64,000 bases of DNA from Gracilinanus agilis (GCF_016433145.1 NC_058132.1:86926873-86990872); one strand, 5' to 3'; shown: positions 37,696 to 51,119, numbered from the stretch's first letter. Translations and numbers: made by a program. The notes: generated by a model from the sequence alone, not told the origin.

Positions 37696-40040
37696 AGTTC
37701 ATGGCAGATAAAAACCTTACATAGATGAAACAGAATCTCAGTGCTGATATTGGGGAGTTAGAAGAAAATACTGGAGCTGACAGACTGTCATCTCTGACAC
37801 TCTGCATCTTCTTATACAAAATAAAAATACTTAAGTCAACAGAGTACAGATAGAATCTCAGCTGAATGCTCCCAATATCCCCACCAAATAACTTTAAAAT
37901 AGTGAATTTAATAAAATTCTTGAGTGATTGAACCAACAAAATGTAGGGGTAAGACATTTTTCCAAGCTAAGACAACTTAAGAGTTTGACAGAAAAGGTCT
38001 GTGACACCAGGGTGGGAGCTGTCCTAGAATGCATGTATGGCAGCACTAACAGCAGGCCCTGGAGGTGGCTGTAAGAACCTTGGCAGCTCTCAGCCCCAGA
38101 GACATTGGAGTTTGGACAACTTGTCAGAAAAAGATTACAAGGATCACTTAGCTGGCAATGAGTACAGGATCCTATTGCATTGTCCATGCATAGCTCTGGG
38201 CATAGAGGATTACTAGTGCTTGCAGTTGCAAGAGAGAAGAAACTGTGGTCACATTTTCAGGACAGAGAAGAATGCTTATGTTAGTTCACAAGAGAGCAAG
38301 TAACCTGATCACAGATCCAGAGCCCATATGAGTATTAGCATTCATGATTGTAGAGAAGAAATTAATACCCTTTACTGGGTAAAGACCAGAAAAGAGTCTA
38401 GGAAAATAGTGACCATATTGCTTCTTTGGATCACAATACCTTGGAAGCAAAAAAAAAAAAAAAAATCGAAGTCCCAGAATGAGCTCTGAAAACACCAGGA
38501 CATAAAAACCTGGAACTTTGATAGTTACCCTCCCCACCTGGAAGCAGAGTCTAATTTTAACATAAAGTTAAAAGTCAAAAAAAAAAAGCTGGGGGAAAGG
38601 AGTGAACAAAGGAACAGATCATAAAAAACTATTATAATGACAGGGAAGATCAAGAAATTAATCCAGAAGAAGATAAAAATGTCAAAAGAACTGCAAGCAA
38701 TGCCTTAAAGGAAGAAAAAAAGTGAATTTGTCACAAGCCAATCAAGAATTCCTGATAGATCTTTAAAAAGATTTTAACAATCAAATAAGAGATAGAAGAA
38801 AAATTAGGAAGAGAAATTAGTGATGCAAAAAAATATGAAGAGAGTCAATAGCTTGGTAAAATAAAAATACTGAAAAAACCCTTAGAATTAGCCAAATGCT
38901 AAGAGAGGTTCAAAAAATCACTTAAGAAAAGAACTTTCTAAAATTCAGGATTGGTCAAATGGAAAAAGAAGCTCAAAAACTCACTGAAAAAAATAATATT
39001 CTAAAAATTAAATTCAGGCAAGCAGAAGCTAATGTGACTCCATGAGACATTGAGAAACAAAAAAAAGTCACAAGAATTAAAAAAGGGAGAAATATCTCAT
39101 TAGAAAAACAAATGACTTGGAAATAGATAAAAAAGAGATAATTTAATAGTTATTGGACAACCTGAAAGCCATCATAAATTAAAGAGCCTAGACATCATAT
39201 TTCAAGAAATTATAAAGGAAAACTTCCTTGACATCTTAGCAACAAAGAATAAAATAGAAATCAAAAGAAGCCATTGATCATCTCCTGAAATTTTCGATTC
39301 GAAAATGGAAACTTGAGTTTCCATATGGGTCCTGGATCAGTGACTATGTTACTGACTCTCCTGGGATCAGAAGTGCTATGCCCCTTTCTCCCTAAGAACT
39401 GGAATCAGGGTCCCTGCTTCCTTGTTAACTACCATAGAACATTATGGACAAATTCAAAAGTTCACAGGTCAAGAGGAAAATATTACAAATAACTGGGGAG
39501 AGGAGGAATTCAAATATGATGGAGCCATTGTCAGAACACAAAAGATTTAGTGACTTCCACATTAAAGGAGCAAGACTTAGAATATGATATTCTGAAAGGC
39601 AAGAGAGCTAAGATTATGGTAAAAAATGACCTATCCAGCAAAATTAAGTGTAATACTTCTGGACAAAAAGAAATAGATATTTAATTAAATAGAGAACTTT
39701 CAAGCATTCTTTATGGAAAGACTAGAGATGAATACAAAATAGATATTTTAAACTCAAAATTCAAGAGAAATATAAAAAGACAATTTTTAAAGAAAATCAT
39801 AACGGAATTTATATGGTTCAACTGCTTATATTTGTATATAGGAAGATACTACTTGTAACTTCTAAGAGTTTTATCATTATTATAGTAGTTAGGAGTATAC
39901 TTAGAAGATATGAGTGATAGGTGATTATGATGGAATGATCTAAAAAAAAATTAAGGGGTGTGAAACAGGGATGCATTGGGAGAAAGGGGAAGGGAGAAGT
40001 ACAATGGGGAAAATAACTTGCTTTAAAAAGGCATGCAAAG

Positions 40041-40237
40041 GGGGCAGCTCAGTGGATTGAGAGTCAGGCCTAGAGACGGGAGGTCCTAGCTGGCCTCAGA
40101 CACTTCCCAGCTGTGTGACCCTGGGCAAGTCACTTGACCCTCATTGCCTACCCTTATCACTCTTCTGCTTTGGAGCCAATACACAGTATTGACTCCAAGA
40201 TGGAAGGTAAGGGTTTAAAAAATAAAAAAATAAAAAA
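40041..40237 (+). mobile_element. Young SINE1_Mdo-type SINE
   Basis: Perfect TSD TAAAAAGGCATGCAAAG on both sides; small internal deletions. Confidence 0.93.
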
Positions 40238-40836
40238 TAAAAAGGCATGCAAAGAAAAGCTTTTAGAGTCAATTAGAAAAATGAAGGAATGGACAACTCC
40301 TGAACTTCACTCATGTGGGAATTAATTCAAAGACAAAATAACATATACACCCAGTTTGGTACAGAATTCTATATTATCCAACAGGAAAGTGGGAGAGTAA
40401 GGTATAAAAGAACATAAAAGGTAAGGATGATAGAAGGAGAGAAGATTAAGGATGGCAGCAATCAGAAGCAAAAAAGACATTTGTAGAGAGACAGGGTAAA
40501 AAAGAGAGAGGGAAGCATAAGCAGGAAAAAATAGGATACTGGGAAACTTCTTAATCATAGCTGTGAATGTGAATATAATGAAATCACCCATAAAATGCAA
40601 CTAGATAGCTAAGTGGATTGAAACAAGAATTCAACACTATGTTGTTTACAAGAAACATTTTTGAAATAGAAAGACACACACAGAATAAAAATAAGGGATT
40701 AGTGTAGAATTATAAAGCTAACTGATGCAAAAAAGGCAGAGAACAATCATGATCTCAGAAAAAGCCAAAGCAAAATAGACCTAATTAAAAAGAGAAGAGC
40801 TTCGTGACTATATTGTGCTAAAAGATACCATAGAGA

Positions 40837-41032
40837 GGGCAGCTGGCTGACTCAGTGGATTGAGAGCCAGGCCTAGCGACAAGAGGTCCTGGGTTCAAAT
40901 CTGGCCTCGGACACTTCCTGGCTGTGTAACCCTGGGCAAGTCATTTAACCTCCATTGCCTAGCCCTTACCACTTTTTTGCCTTAGAACCAAAACACAGTA
41001 TTGATTCCAAGACAGAAGGTAAGGGTTAAAAA
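40837..41032 (+). mobile_element. SINE1_Mdo-type SINE
   Basis: Full body; TSD around TACCATAGA. Confidence 0.92.
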
Positions 41033-41237
41033 AATGTACCATAGACAATGAAGTAATACCAATACTAAACATATAGGCACCATCTGTTAAAGCATTTAAA
41101 TTCTTAAAGAAAAGGTTAAATTAATACTAATAGACAGTAATATCATAGAAGAAATGGACAATAAAAGTATACCAATGGAGGAACTCAATTTTCCCTTCTC
41201 AGAAGTAGATAAATCTAACCATAAAATAAACAAGAAA

Positions 41238-42290
41238 AGGGGCATCTAGGTGGCTCAATGTATAGAGTGCCAGGCCTGGAGTTGGTAGACCTTAGATAAA
41301 AATCTGGCCTCAGACACTTTCTAGCTGTGTGATGCAAAGTAAGTCACTTAATCGCAATTGCCTAGTCCTTGTCTCTCTTTTACTTTGAAAATGATAGTTG
41401 TGTTGATTTTTAATTAATTAATTAATTGAAACTGTTTTTCCGTGGTTACATGATTCATGGTTTTTCCCTCCCCTCCTCACACCCCCCTCCTGGAGCCAAT
41501 GATCAATTCTACTGGCTATTACATGTGTCATTAATCAAGACCTGTTTCCACATTGTTCATGTGCTTATTGATAGTTTTGATTTCTTTATCTGAAAATTGC
41601 CTATTCATATCCCTTGCCCATTTATCAATTGGAGAATGGCTTGATTTTTTTAAACAATTGATTTAACTCCTTATGAATTTGAGTAATTAGACCTTTGTCA
41701 GCGGTTTTTGTTATAAAGATTTTCCCCCAATTTGTTACTTCCTTTCTAATTTTGATTTCATTGCTTTTGTTTGTACAAAACCTTTTTAATTTAATACAAT
41801 CAAAATTATTTATTTTACATTTTGTAATAATTTCTAACTCTTGCTTGGTCTTGAAATCTTTCCTTTCCCATAGATGTGACAGGTAAACTATTCTATGTTC
41901 ACCTAATTTACTTATAGTTTCCTTCTTTATATTCCGGTCATTCACTCATTCTGAATTTATCTTGGTGTAGGGTGTGAAATGTTGATCTAAAACTAATCTC
42001 TCCCATATTGTTTTCCAATTTTCCCAGCAGTTTTTATCAAATAGTGGATTTTGTCTCAAAAGCTGGGCTCTTTGGGTTTATCATACACTGTCTTGCTAAG
42101 ATTATTTACTCCAAGTCTATTTCACTGATCCTCCCTTCTGCCTCTTAACCAGTACCAAATTGATTTGATGACCACTGCTTAATAGTATAGTTTAATATCT
42201 GGTACTGCTAGGCTCCCCTTCTTCAAATTTTTTTTCATTAAGTTATATTGATATTAAGACAGAAGGTAAGAGGGTTTTTTATCTAAAAAA
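41238..42290 (+). mobile_element. SINE1-type SINE split by an antisense L1 3' fragment (about 41405-42240)
   Basis: SINE head at 41238-41404, SINE tail (AAGACAGAAGGTAAG) resumes near 42241; junction repeat AGTTGTGTTGAT/AGTTATATTGAT. Confidence 0.75.
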
Positions 42291-42601
42291 TTAAATAAAT
42301 AAGAAAAAGTTAAGAGAATGAATAGAATGTTAGAAAAGTTAGCCAAGATGTCCCTCTGGATCAAACTGAATGGGAATAGAAAGGAGTATACATTTTCTGA
42401 GTAATACATGGCACCTTCACAAAAATTGATCCTTTATTATGGCATAACAATCTCACAAACAAATGGAGAAAAGCAGAAATATTGAATACATCCTTTTCTG
42501 ACCATATGCAATAAAATTACAAACAATAAAGGGCTGTGGAAACATATTAAAAATTAATTTGAAACTAAATTGCTAATCCTAAAGAATGAGTGGTCAAGGT
42601 A

Positions 42602-43643
42602 TGTTAGGTGCAGTATGGTGCTTCTGTTTTTAGGCCTGATAAAGAAATGGCCCAAGGTACTCAGATGGCACGAGGACCTAACTGAATAAGGATGGGAAGC
42701 CTAGGTGAAAGATTGATAATGAACACCAGGTCCCACCAATATTTATTACTCAATCAAGCACAAGTCCCACCTACACTGCCCAAGCTTAAGTGAGCTAACT
42801 CACACACAGCTTCTCCAGCTATTTGGCTTGGGGTTGGGTAATGAATAAATGATCAGGTTGAGTTATTATTATAGTTATTAATTATATATTTAATATAGTA
42901 TGTATTGTTTATGTTGTTAATGTATAATATTAATTTAATTAATATTATAATATATTAATTTAATTAATATTATAATATATTATAATATTATATATATTAT
43001 ATAATATATAATATTATAATATATATTAATGAGGTTGGATTAATACAGTTGACTACGGATTAGCTAAAGTATCTCCTTCCCTTTTGAGTGCAGAACTATT
43101 TACTGATCTTTGAATAACAACAGTCTTCTCCTGAATGAGTTCAAGGGTTTAATTGTAATAACTCAAGAGGTAGGATCAAAGATATGGAAGATGGTGTGGA
43201 GGTGGCTATGCTAGTTTACAAGTACTAAAGTTAATTAATCAGTTGTTGATCAGATTGGCAGCTGGCTGGAGAAATCCCTTCTCCCTCTCAGGCCCTGGTC
43301 AGGCCCAGCCTCGGCCTTGACCAGGTGGAGTGAGGCTTTATGAGATTCTTTTTGATAACTAGATGTTGATGTATGTCTCTTAGCCCTATTTAGCAACTGT
43401 TGAATTGATACTCAAGGCAATAGGATACAGGTGCTAGTGCAGGTCTACAGGCCTACCCACCCACCACCTGGGACCCTGTTCTGAAGAGTGAGACCCTGAA
43501 AGGCTCAGCCCCTGGGTTTTTATAGAGGTGGCAGCAACTGTTTTTTGCCCCTGGTTCATGCCATCTGGGTAAATTCTAAATTCTGTAACTGCCAGTTGTC
43601 ACTCAAGTTGATCTCCATCTTCTTCCCAGAGGTTGCTAAAATA
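42602..43643 (-). mobile_element. Solo ERV LTR inserted in the L1 endonuclease region
   Basis: Homologous to 4870-5703; host L1 sequence resumes on both sides; possible TSD GGTA/AGTA. Confidence 0.82.
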
Positions 43644-45181
43644 AGTATAAATCATAAAAAGAATCAATAATTTCATTAAAAAAAACAACAAAAAATATCA
43701 AAATGTGTAGAATACTCCCAAAGGAGTATTTAAGGGAAAAGTTTTTATCTTTAATGCTTATATCAACAAAATAAAGAAAGGGAAGATCAATTGATTGAGT
43801 GTACAATTTTATAAAGAAAAATAGGGGAAAGATGTTTAATATTCAATTAAACATGAAATGGAAATCTTGAAAATCAAATGAGAGACAATCAAATGAAAAT
43901 CAAAAGAGAGAGAAATGAAACTGTAAATTGCCCAGATTAAAGATAGAGGAAATAGAATACTTTACTTGAATAACCCTCTTAGAAAAATAAATTGAATGAG
44001 CCATCAGTAGGCTCCCTAAGAAAAAATCTCCAGAAAAAGGTTGATTCATAAATGAATTCTATCAATGAATGATAAATCCCAATACTATGAAAATATTTTA
44101 AAATTAGGCAAAAAAGGAATCTTGACAAATCCCTTTTACAACACTAACATAGTGCTGAAGCCTAAACCACGAAGAGCAGAAGAGCAAAAACATGGAAAGA
44201 AAACAATAGAAGAATATCCCTAAAGAATATTGATACAAAAATGTTAAATAAAATACCAGTAAGGAGACTAAAGCAATATTTCAAAAGGTCCTACATTATG
44301 ACCAGGTGGGATTTACACCAGAAATGCAGGGCTGGTTCAATATTAGGAAAACTATGAATATAATTAGCCATATCAATAACAAACATGGTGAAAATCATAT
44401 GATTATTTCAATAAATATGGGGAAAGTTTTTACAAAATACAATACTCCTATTTAAAAAATAAAAACACTAGAAAGCATAAATGAATATTTCCTTAAAATG
44501 ATAAGTAAGATCTATCTAAAACTATCAGTAAATATTATCTGTAATTGGAATAAGATAGAATCCTTCCCATTAAGATGAAGAATGAAGATAGGATATCAAT
44601 ATCAATGCTATTATTTAATATTTTACTAGAAATGCGAGTGATAGCAGTAAGAGCAGAAAAAATGGAAGGAATTAGAATACATGATTAAGAAACAAAACTA
44701 TCACTCTTTGTAGATGATATGATGACATACTTCACAAGAATCCTAGAGAATCAATTAAAAATTAATTAAAACAACATCTTTAGCAAAGTTTGCAGGATGT
44801 AAGTAAAGTAAGCCCACATAATCATCGACATTTCTATATTTTACCACTAAAGTCCAGAAGCAAGAGAGAGAAAGAAAAATTTCATTTAAAATGACTGCTG
44901 AAAGTATAACATATTTGGGAGTCTACCTGCCAAGGCAAACTAAGGAACTATATGAACATAATTATAAAACATTTTCCCACAAATAAAGACATTAAAATAA
45001 TTGGAAAAAATATTAAATTCTCATGGTTAAATAGAATAGAAATGCCAGTATAATAGAATAGATTAGAAAAAAACAAATTTACCTTAATTAATTTACTTTT
45101 TCATTGTCAGACAAAACTACCAAAAGTTATTTTATAGAACTAGAAAAAATAATTATATGAATCATTTAGAAAAACAAATCA

Positions 45182-46128
45182 GTGCACAACTCCAACAATG
45201 CCATTAATGTCCCAGTTTTGCCACATCCCCTCCAGCATTCATTACTCTCTCCTTCTTTCATTTTAGACAATCTGCTAGGTGTGAGGTGATACCTCAGAGT
45301 TATTTTGATTTGCATGTCTCTATTAGAGATTTAGAACACTTTCTCATGTACTTATTGATACTTTTGATTTCTTTATCTGAAAATTGCCTATTCATGTCTC
45401 TAATAATTAGAGACATGCAAATCAAAACAACTCTGAGGTATCACCTCACACCTAGCAGATTGGCTAAAATGAAAGAAGGGGAGAGTAATGAATTCTGGAG
45501 GGGATGTGGCAAAATTGGGACATTAATGCATTGCTGGTGGAGTTGTGAACTGATCCAACCATTCTGGCTGGCAATTTGGAACTATGCTCAAAGGGCTATA
45601 AAAAACTGCCTGCCCTTTGATCCAGCCATACCATTGTTGGTGTAAAAGGAATAATAAACTGGAGGAATTCCATGTGAACTGGAAAGACCTCCAGGAATTG
45701 ATGCAGAGCGAAAGGAGCAGAGCCAGAAAAACACTGTACACAGAGACTAATATACTATGGTAAAATCAAATGCAATGGACTTCTGTACTAGCAGCAATGC
45801 AATAACACAGGACAGCTATGAGGGATTTATGGTAAAGAATGCTACCCACATTCAAAGGAAGGAGTGCAGGAGAGGAAACATATAAGAAAAATAACTGCTT
45901 GAACGCATGGGTTGGGGTGGACATGATTGGGGATGTAGACTCGAAACTACCACACCAATGCAACTATCAACAACTTGGAAATAGGTCTTGATCAATGACA
46001 CATGATAAAACCAGTGGAAATGTGCATCAGCCATAGGTGTGGGATGCGCAGGGGGGGGGGGGTGAAGGGGAAAGTAGGAGCATGAATCATGTAACCATGT
46101 TAAAAAAGAATATTAATAAATGTTTTAA
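45182..46128 (+). mobile_element. Younger L1 3' end with an inverted duplication at its 5' side
   Basis: Minus segment 45182-45400 followed by plus segment 45401-46128 ending in the G-rich 3'UTR and A tail; possible TSD AAATCA. Confidence 0.85.
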
Positions 46129-47616
46129 AAAAATCATTCCCCCATTGATAAAGTCACAGGATATGTACAGATAGTTTTCAAAAGAAGAAATTAAAGCTCT
46201 GTATAAAGTAATATAAAAAAAGTTATAAATCACTATTGTTTAAGTAAAAGCAAATTAAAACAACTCTGAGGTATCACCTTATACCTATCAGATTGACTAA
46301 CATGGCACAAAAGGAAAATGACAAATTTTTGAGTAATGGTGGAAAAATTGGGACACGAATGCACACATGGTGGAGTTATGAAACTGGTCCAATTATTCTG
46401 GAGAACTATTTGGAACTATGCCCAATGGACTTAAAAAATGCGCATAACTTTTGATACAATAATAAATCACTATTAGATTTGTATCAGAAAGAGATCAAAG
46501 AAAAAGGAAAAAAGACTTGTATGTACAAAAATATTTGTAGTTGCTCTTTTTGTGGTGGCAAAGTATTAGAAATTGAGTGAATGACCATGGGTTTATGAAT
46601 AGGTGAACATGTTGTGGTTTGTGATTTAGATGGAATTCTATTGTGCTAGAAGAAATGATATGAATATGGAGGTTTCAATAAAACCTGGAAAGACTAATGT
46701 GAATTGATACAAAGTAAGCAAAATCACGAGAATACACAATAACAGCAATATTGTATTATAGTCATTACTTCCATAGAAGCTGTAATGAAGGTTGTCTCTG
46801 GGGTAGGGTGCCAGGTGAGGTGACCCTTTAGGGGGTATCTTGGAGCAGGGGGACAGTAGTGTCACATCCAGTAGAAGACCTTGAGGCAAGGTGTGTGAAC
46901 ATTATTCTCTACAAGAAAAAAGATGAGCCCCTCTCTTGGGGAAGCTAACTCCCTGTTTGAATGTGTTTAGCTCCAGGGAGATCCAAATCATAATCCTTTC
47001 CTCATGGGATCACAGATTGGTTATAAGTCCTCCCTTCTTTATCCTAATTACATACAAACCTCATCTAGTCACCTGCCAAACATCTCAAGAACTCTATCTC
47101 AGAAAAAGGATTCCAAACTGCTCATCACAAGGCTGGTGAGTCTGCTCCAAAAGAAGGATTGGGTTATGCTTGGAGCCAACATTGAGGGTTCAAGGTGGAG
47201 ACAAGTAACTAGATGAGGAATCTGGGGGTGGATAGGAAGGAACAATAAGGCTGGGCAAGAATATAAGGATAGATAAGTGTATAAGAGTATGAGTGAGGGT
47301 TCTCATATTTTTTATGTGTTTCCATACACATAGATTATCGTGCAATTCTTGGGCTTGGTTTTTAGCTGCTCTACCTACTACTATCCAAGATTTCCCTCAT
47401 TTCTAAGAGCTACTACTATCCCACCTCCAATTAAGAAGACTATGTCAGATATCTTTGCTGGTCAACCCATTTATCTTTGAGTTTCTGAAACAAACACAGA
47501 CTCTTACATGTTTATCACTCTTATTTTAAATTACTTCTCTCAAAATAGTTATGGTCATCAGTACTTATTGACTTCTTGTTTTATTGCCTCATAAGATCAC
47601 ATAAGATTATAGGATT

Positions 47617-47818
47617 TAGGGGCAGCTGGGTGACTCAGTGGATTAAGAGTCAGGCCCAGAGATGGGAGATCCTAGGTTCAAATCTGGCCTCAGATACTTC
47701 TTAGCTCTGTGACCCAGGGTAACTCACTTAACCCCCATTGTCTAGCCCTTACCACTCTTCTGGCGTAGAATCAACACTCAGTATTGATTCTAAGATGGAA
47801 GATAAGAGTTTTTAAAAA
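47617..47818 (+). mobile_element. SINE1_Mdo-type SINE
   Basis: Full body. Confidence 0.9.
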
Positions 47819-48299
47819 AGATTATATGACTTAAAACTAAAAAAGACTTTAGAACTCATAAAGGCCAACACCTTAAGTTGAAAAAAAATTCTTGGGTCCC
47901 AGAAGTGATAGGAATTACTAGGTAGGGGACGGGTATTGGATATTTAATTTCATTAGCCTAGAGAATTCCAAAATGAAGAAACTCCATCTCCTAAAGGAAA
48001 AAGCATCTTTGCTATCATTTAGAGCCTTCAGGGAGGTGCTGATGGCGCTGAGATTTGAAGTGACTCAAGCAAGGTCAAAAAGCTAGTAAGTATCAGAGCT
48101 AAGACTTGATCTAAAGCCTCAATGATTAGGAACCCATCTCTGTACCTACTATACCTTTGTTCCTATCTACTTTGGCATACTGCTCTAAGCAGATATACAA
48201 AATAATATAAGGAATAGCAAGCATACATTGGAATACAGTTGTAGGTAGTTGGCAAGAATTGGCAAAAAAAAAAAAGGTAGTAGTAAAAAAAAAAAGTAC

Positions 48300-48605
48300 T
48301 GTCTTTTGTACTCAAAGGAGACCAAAATGACATCATTATCTCAGAGTCAGTGTATACTATGTGTGATTCTGGCTCATCAGATCATTATGGACTGAGAAGG
48401 CTTCACCACAGGTTGAGCATAAATAGCCCAGAGTAGCATTTGTTTCTAAATTTGCACATCTCACATTCTGGGGAGCTATTGCAATTCTGCTTTGCTCATA
48501 GAGCACAATGCCTGCCTTGATGCAGGTTCACTGTGCTAGACAGTTCTCTGCCAGTGTCTCCCAAGTCTCACAATTGATCCCAAAGTTCTTCAGAGAGACT
48601 GTTAG
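48300..48605 (-). mobile_element. RTE-clade LINE 3' fragment
   Basis: Resembles, by recall, the marsupial RTE 3' end (CAATTCTGCTTTGCTCATAGAGCAC...CCAAAGTTCTTCAGAGAGAC). Confidence 0.6.
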
Positions 48606-48984
48606 TGAGGCGTTGAATGACTACATTGAAATATAAGATAATAAGGAAAGGATTCCCCTGGCAGATGGCTCCTGAGCTGAACCTTAAAGGAAGCTAGAGA
48701 TTCTAAGAGTGGAACCAAAAAAAAGAAGCATATTGCAGATATGGATGAGGAAGCAAAGTGGTGTGGTGGAGGGGCCTGCATTCTGGAAGATTCAATTCTG
48801 GAAGATTTGATTCTGGAAGAATTAAATTCAAATCTAGCCTCAGACAGTTAATAGGTTTTTGACCCCAGGCAAATCACTTAACCTCTACCAGCCTCAATTG
48901 TTTATTCAACCATAAAATGGATATATTAATAGAACATGTCTCCTAGGGTTGTTGAGAGGATCAAATGAAATAATATTTACCAAT

Positions 48985-49871
48985 TGTAATGCAGGATTTA
49001 TGCAAGACCTCTTGCATTTGCAAAATTACCTCAGGCAATCCTGTCAGTTAGGAGAATGGAACTTTGGCCCAGCAGGTGCCAGTCCCAAGACCTGACAGTT
49101 TGAGCTGGGACTATAAACATCCCTGCTGAACCAACCTAGGGGTTCTGATTTCCTTGACCTCACCCAGACACCCAGCTACCCCCTGGACTTCCCCTTGGGG
49201 ACCCCGGGAGGTTGAAGGGAGGTTGAAGGGAGGTTGAAGGGAGGTTGGGTTGTGGAACGTGGGCAGGAAATTAGATTAGGTCAGCCTAGCAACAGGGACA
49301 CCCCTAAACTAATTCATCAACTATAACTGGCTAGTTGGTGGATCATGTAACATCAGGGCAGTGAAAATTATCTCTGGCTGAGGGGCTGGTTCCCTCAGCC
49401 TGATCTTACCTTCTAGCTCCATTGCCAATTCTGGCCAGTCACCCTTAGCAACAGCTTCTCCAGACCCTAAACCCTCTTTCCTCAGTTTTCCTTTCTGTGT
49501 TTAAATAAACCCTTAGCCTGAAACTGTGAGGTGTATTTATTTATAACATCATCCTGGCCTAAGGGGCTGAGGAGAGGAGAGAATAGCAACCATTTGACTC
49601 CAATGGAAGTACTGGGCAGGCATCCATTTTGTTCAGGAAGTGTGTGAGTTTCACTTCCTGTTGAGTACTGCTTTCACTCTAGCAGGGAGGGGCTCCTCTT
49701 TATCCACCTTAAAGGAGCCTACAGAGAGCAGGGAGCCTGACTGGGCATCACAGGCTACACATCCTTGGCAGTCTCAAATCACCAGCTACAAATAGTTATA
49801 GGCTCCCTGGCCAGGTGACTCACTTGTACCACCAGCTCCCCTGTTATCAGCCACTTTGCCCCCTTATTACA
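48985..49871 (+). mobile_element. Solo ERV LTR inserted in a MIR-like SINE
   Basis: TGTAATG...TTACA ends, AATAAA near 49505, internal (GGAGGTTGAAG)x3 repeat at 49207-49247; MIR sequence resumes on both sides. Confidence 0.8.
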
Positions 49872-51119
49872 CATGTTTAGCACAAGGCATGGAACAAAGT
49901 AGGTTCTTAATAAATGCTTGTTTTCCTTCATTTGGGAAATGCAAATAGGACACTTTGGCAGGTATGTAGAGATTGCATGAAGGGGAATGGGTGAAAGAAA
50001 CTCAAAAAGAAGACTGGAGACAGATGGAAAAGGTTTTTAAATCACAGGCTGAGAAGTTTGTAATAGAGAGGCAATAAGGAGCAGCAAACATTTCTCCAAG
50101 AAGAGGGAGGCCAATCTCATGGTCAAAGGTGGGCTTTGTCTTCCATTAAATGAGAGACCTCTTAGACAATGTGTCATTGGACAGAATTTTATTCATATTC
50201 TCAGTGGCTTTCTTCAAATGTTTTGATCAACAAACAAATAGCTTCCTAACATTTCCCGTGTCCCCTAATCATGCAGCCACCACAACTCTGCTTATAGTTC
50301 TTTCCCTCACACACAATTTACTCCAAAGGAAAGTATTATATTGGATTTTCCCATAACTGTTGAAGAAAGTACCATTAAGGAATGCTTATAGTTTGTAATG
50401 CAGGGAAGTTCAGATGATAAGCACAGAAGCAAACACAATTGTTTTAAAAACCTGTATTGCTACTCACAAGAGAACTAGGAGAACAGCTAGCTAGCTGGAA
50501 CAAAGCCATGGCTCCCATACTTTCAATGGACAGCACAGTAGGGTGTAGAGTAGGAAGGCATTGGAGAGAGAGGAGCAGTTGTCCATGCTCTAGTCAAAGG
50601 TCTAACACTCTTTCCACCTCATAATTATACAACATTGGGGACATAGAGCCAGCATGATACCAATGGGAGACTGTCCCATTAAGCCCTGGGAACTGAGGAT
50701 ATGTTCTAAATTATCAAATAATGAGTTGAAAAATGATGTTTCACAGATGACATTCTGCGAAAGGGACTAAGCCTTAAACAATGCAGGGAATATTCTTTGA
50801 CATTCATGATCACTAAAGAGATGAACTTCTCCATCCACTCAGTTTTACTGTGGTGCCTATTTGAAAAAAACAATTTTTCCAATATAGTTGATCTACTGGG
50901 GGGAAGAGAATAAGCATTTATATAATGCCTACTATGTGCCTTGCTCTGTGCTAAGCACTTCATACAAATATTTAATTTTACCTTTACAACAACCCTATGA
51001 CATAGCTGCTGTTATTACCCCAATTTTATAGTTGAGGAAACTGAGGTTAAATGACTTGTCTAGGGTTCCAGAGCCAGTAAGAACCTGAAGCTAGATGTAA
51101 ACTTGAGTCTTCTTGATTT

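Larger units (their letters stand above)
37990..46790 (+). mobile_element. Near full-length but heavily decayed old L1 (5'UTR, ORF1, ORF2) hosting many younger insertions
   Basis: ORF1-like 38590-39800; EN start remnant IIAVNVNIMKSPIK near 40555; RT remnants HYDQVGFTPEMQGWFNIRKT (near 44295) and SLFVDDM (near 44703); ORF2 C-terminus 46130-46750. Many stops and deletions. Confidence 0.85.

Noticed and set aside
40041-40237. tRNA-like A/B boxes in SINE heads
   Set aside because: tRNA-derived SINEs, not tRNA genes; no cloverleaf.
45286-45645. 119-aa ORF with L1-like C-terminal half
   Set aside because: Chimeric reading across the L1 inversion junction; no promoter or splice evidence.
48781-48825. 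Three 15-bp units beginning TTCTGGAAGA; also a 23-bp duplication near 10384-10429 and (GGAGGTTGAAG)x3 at 49207
   Set aside because: Short slippage duplications within or near repeats; no repeat-spacer architecture, so not CRISPR-like.
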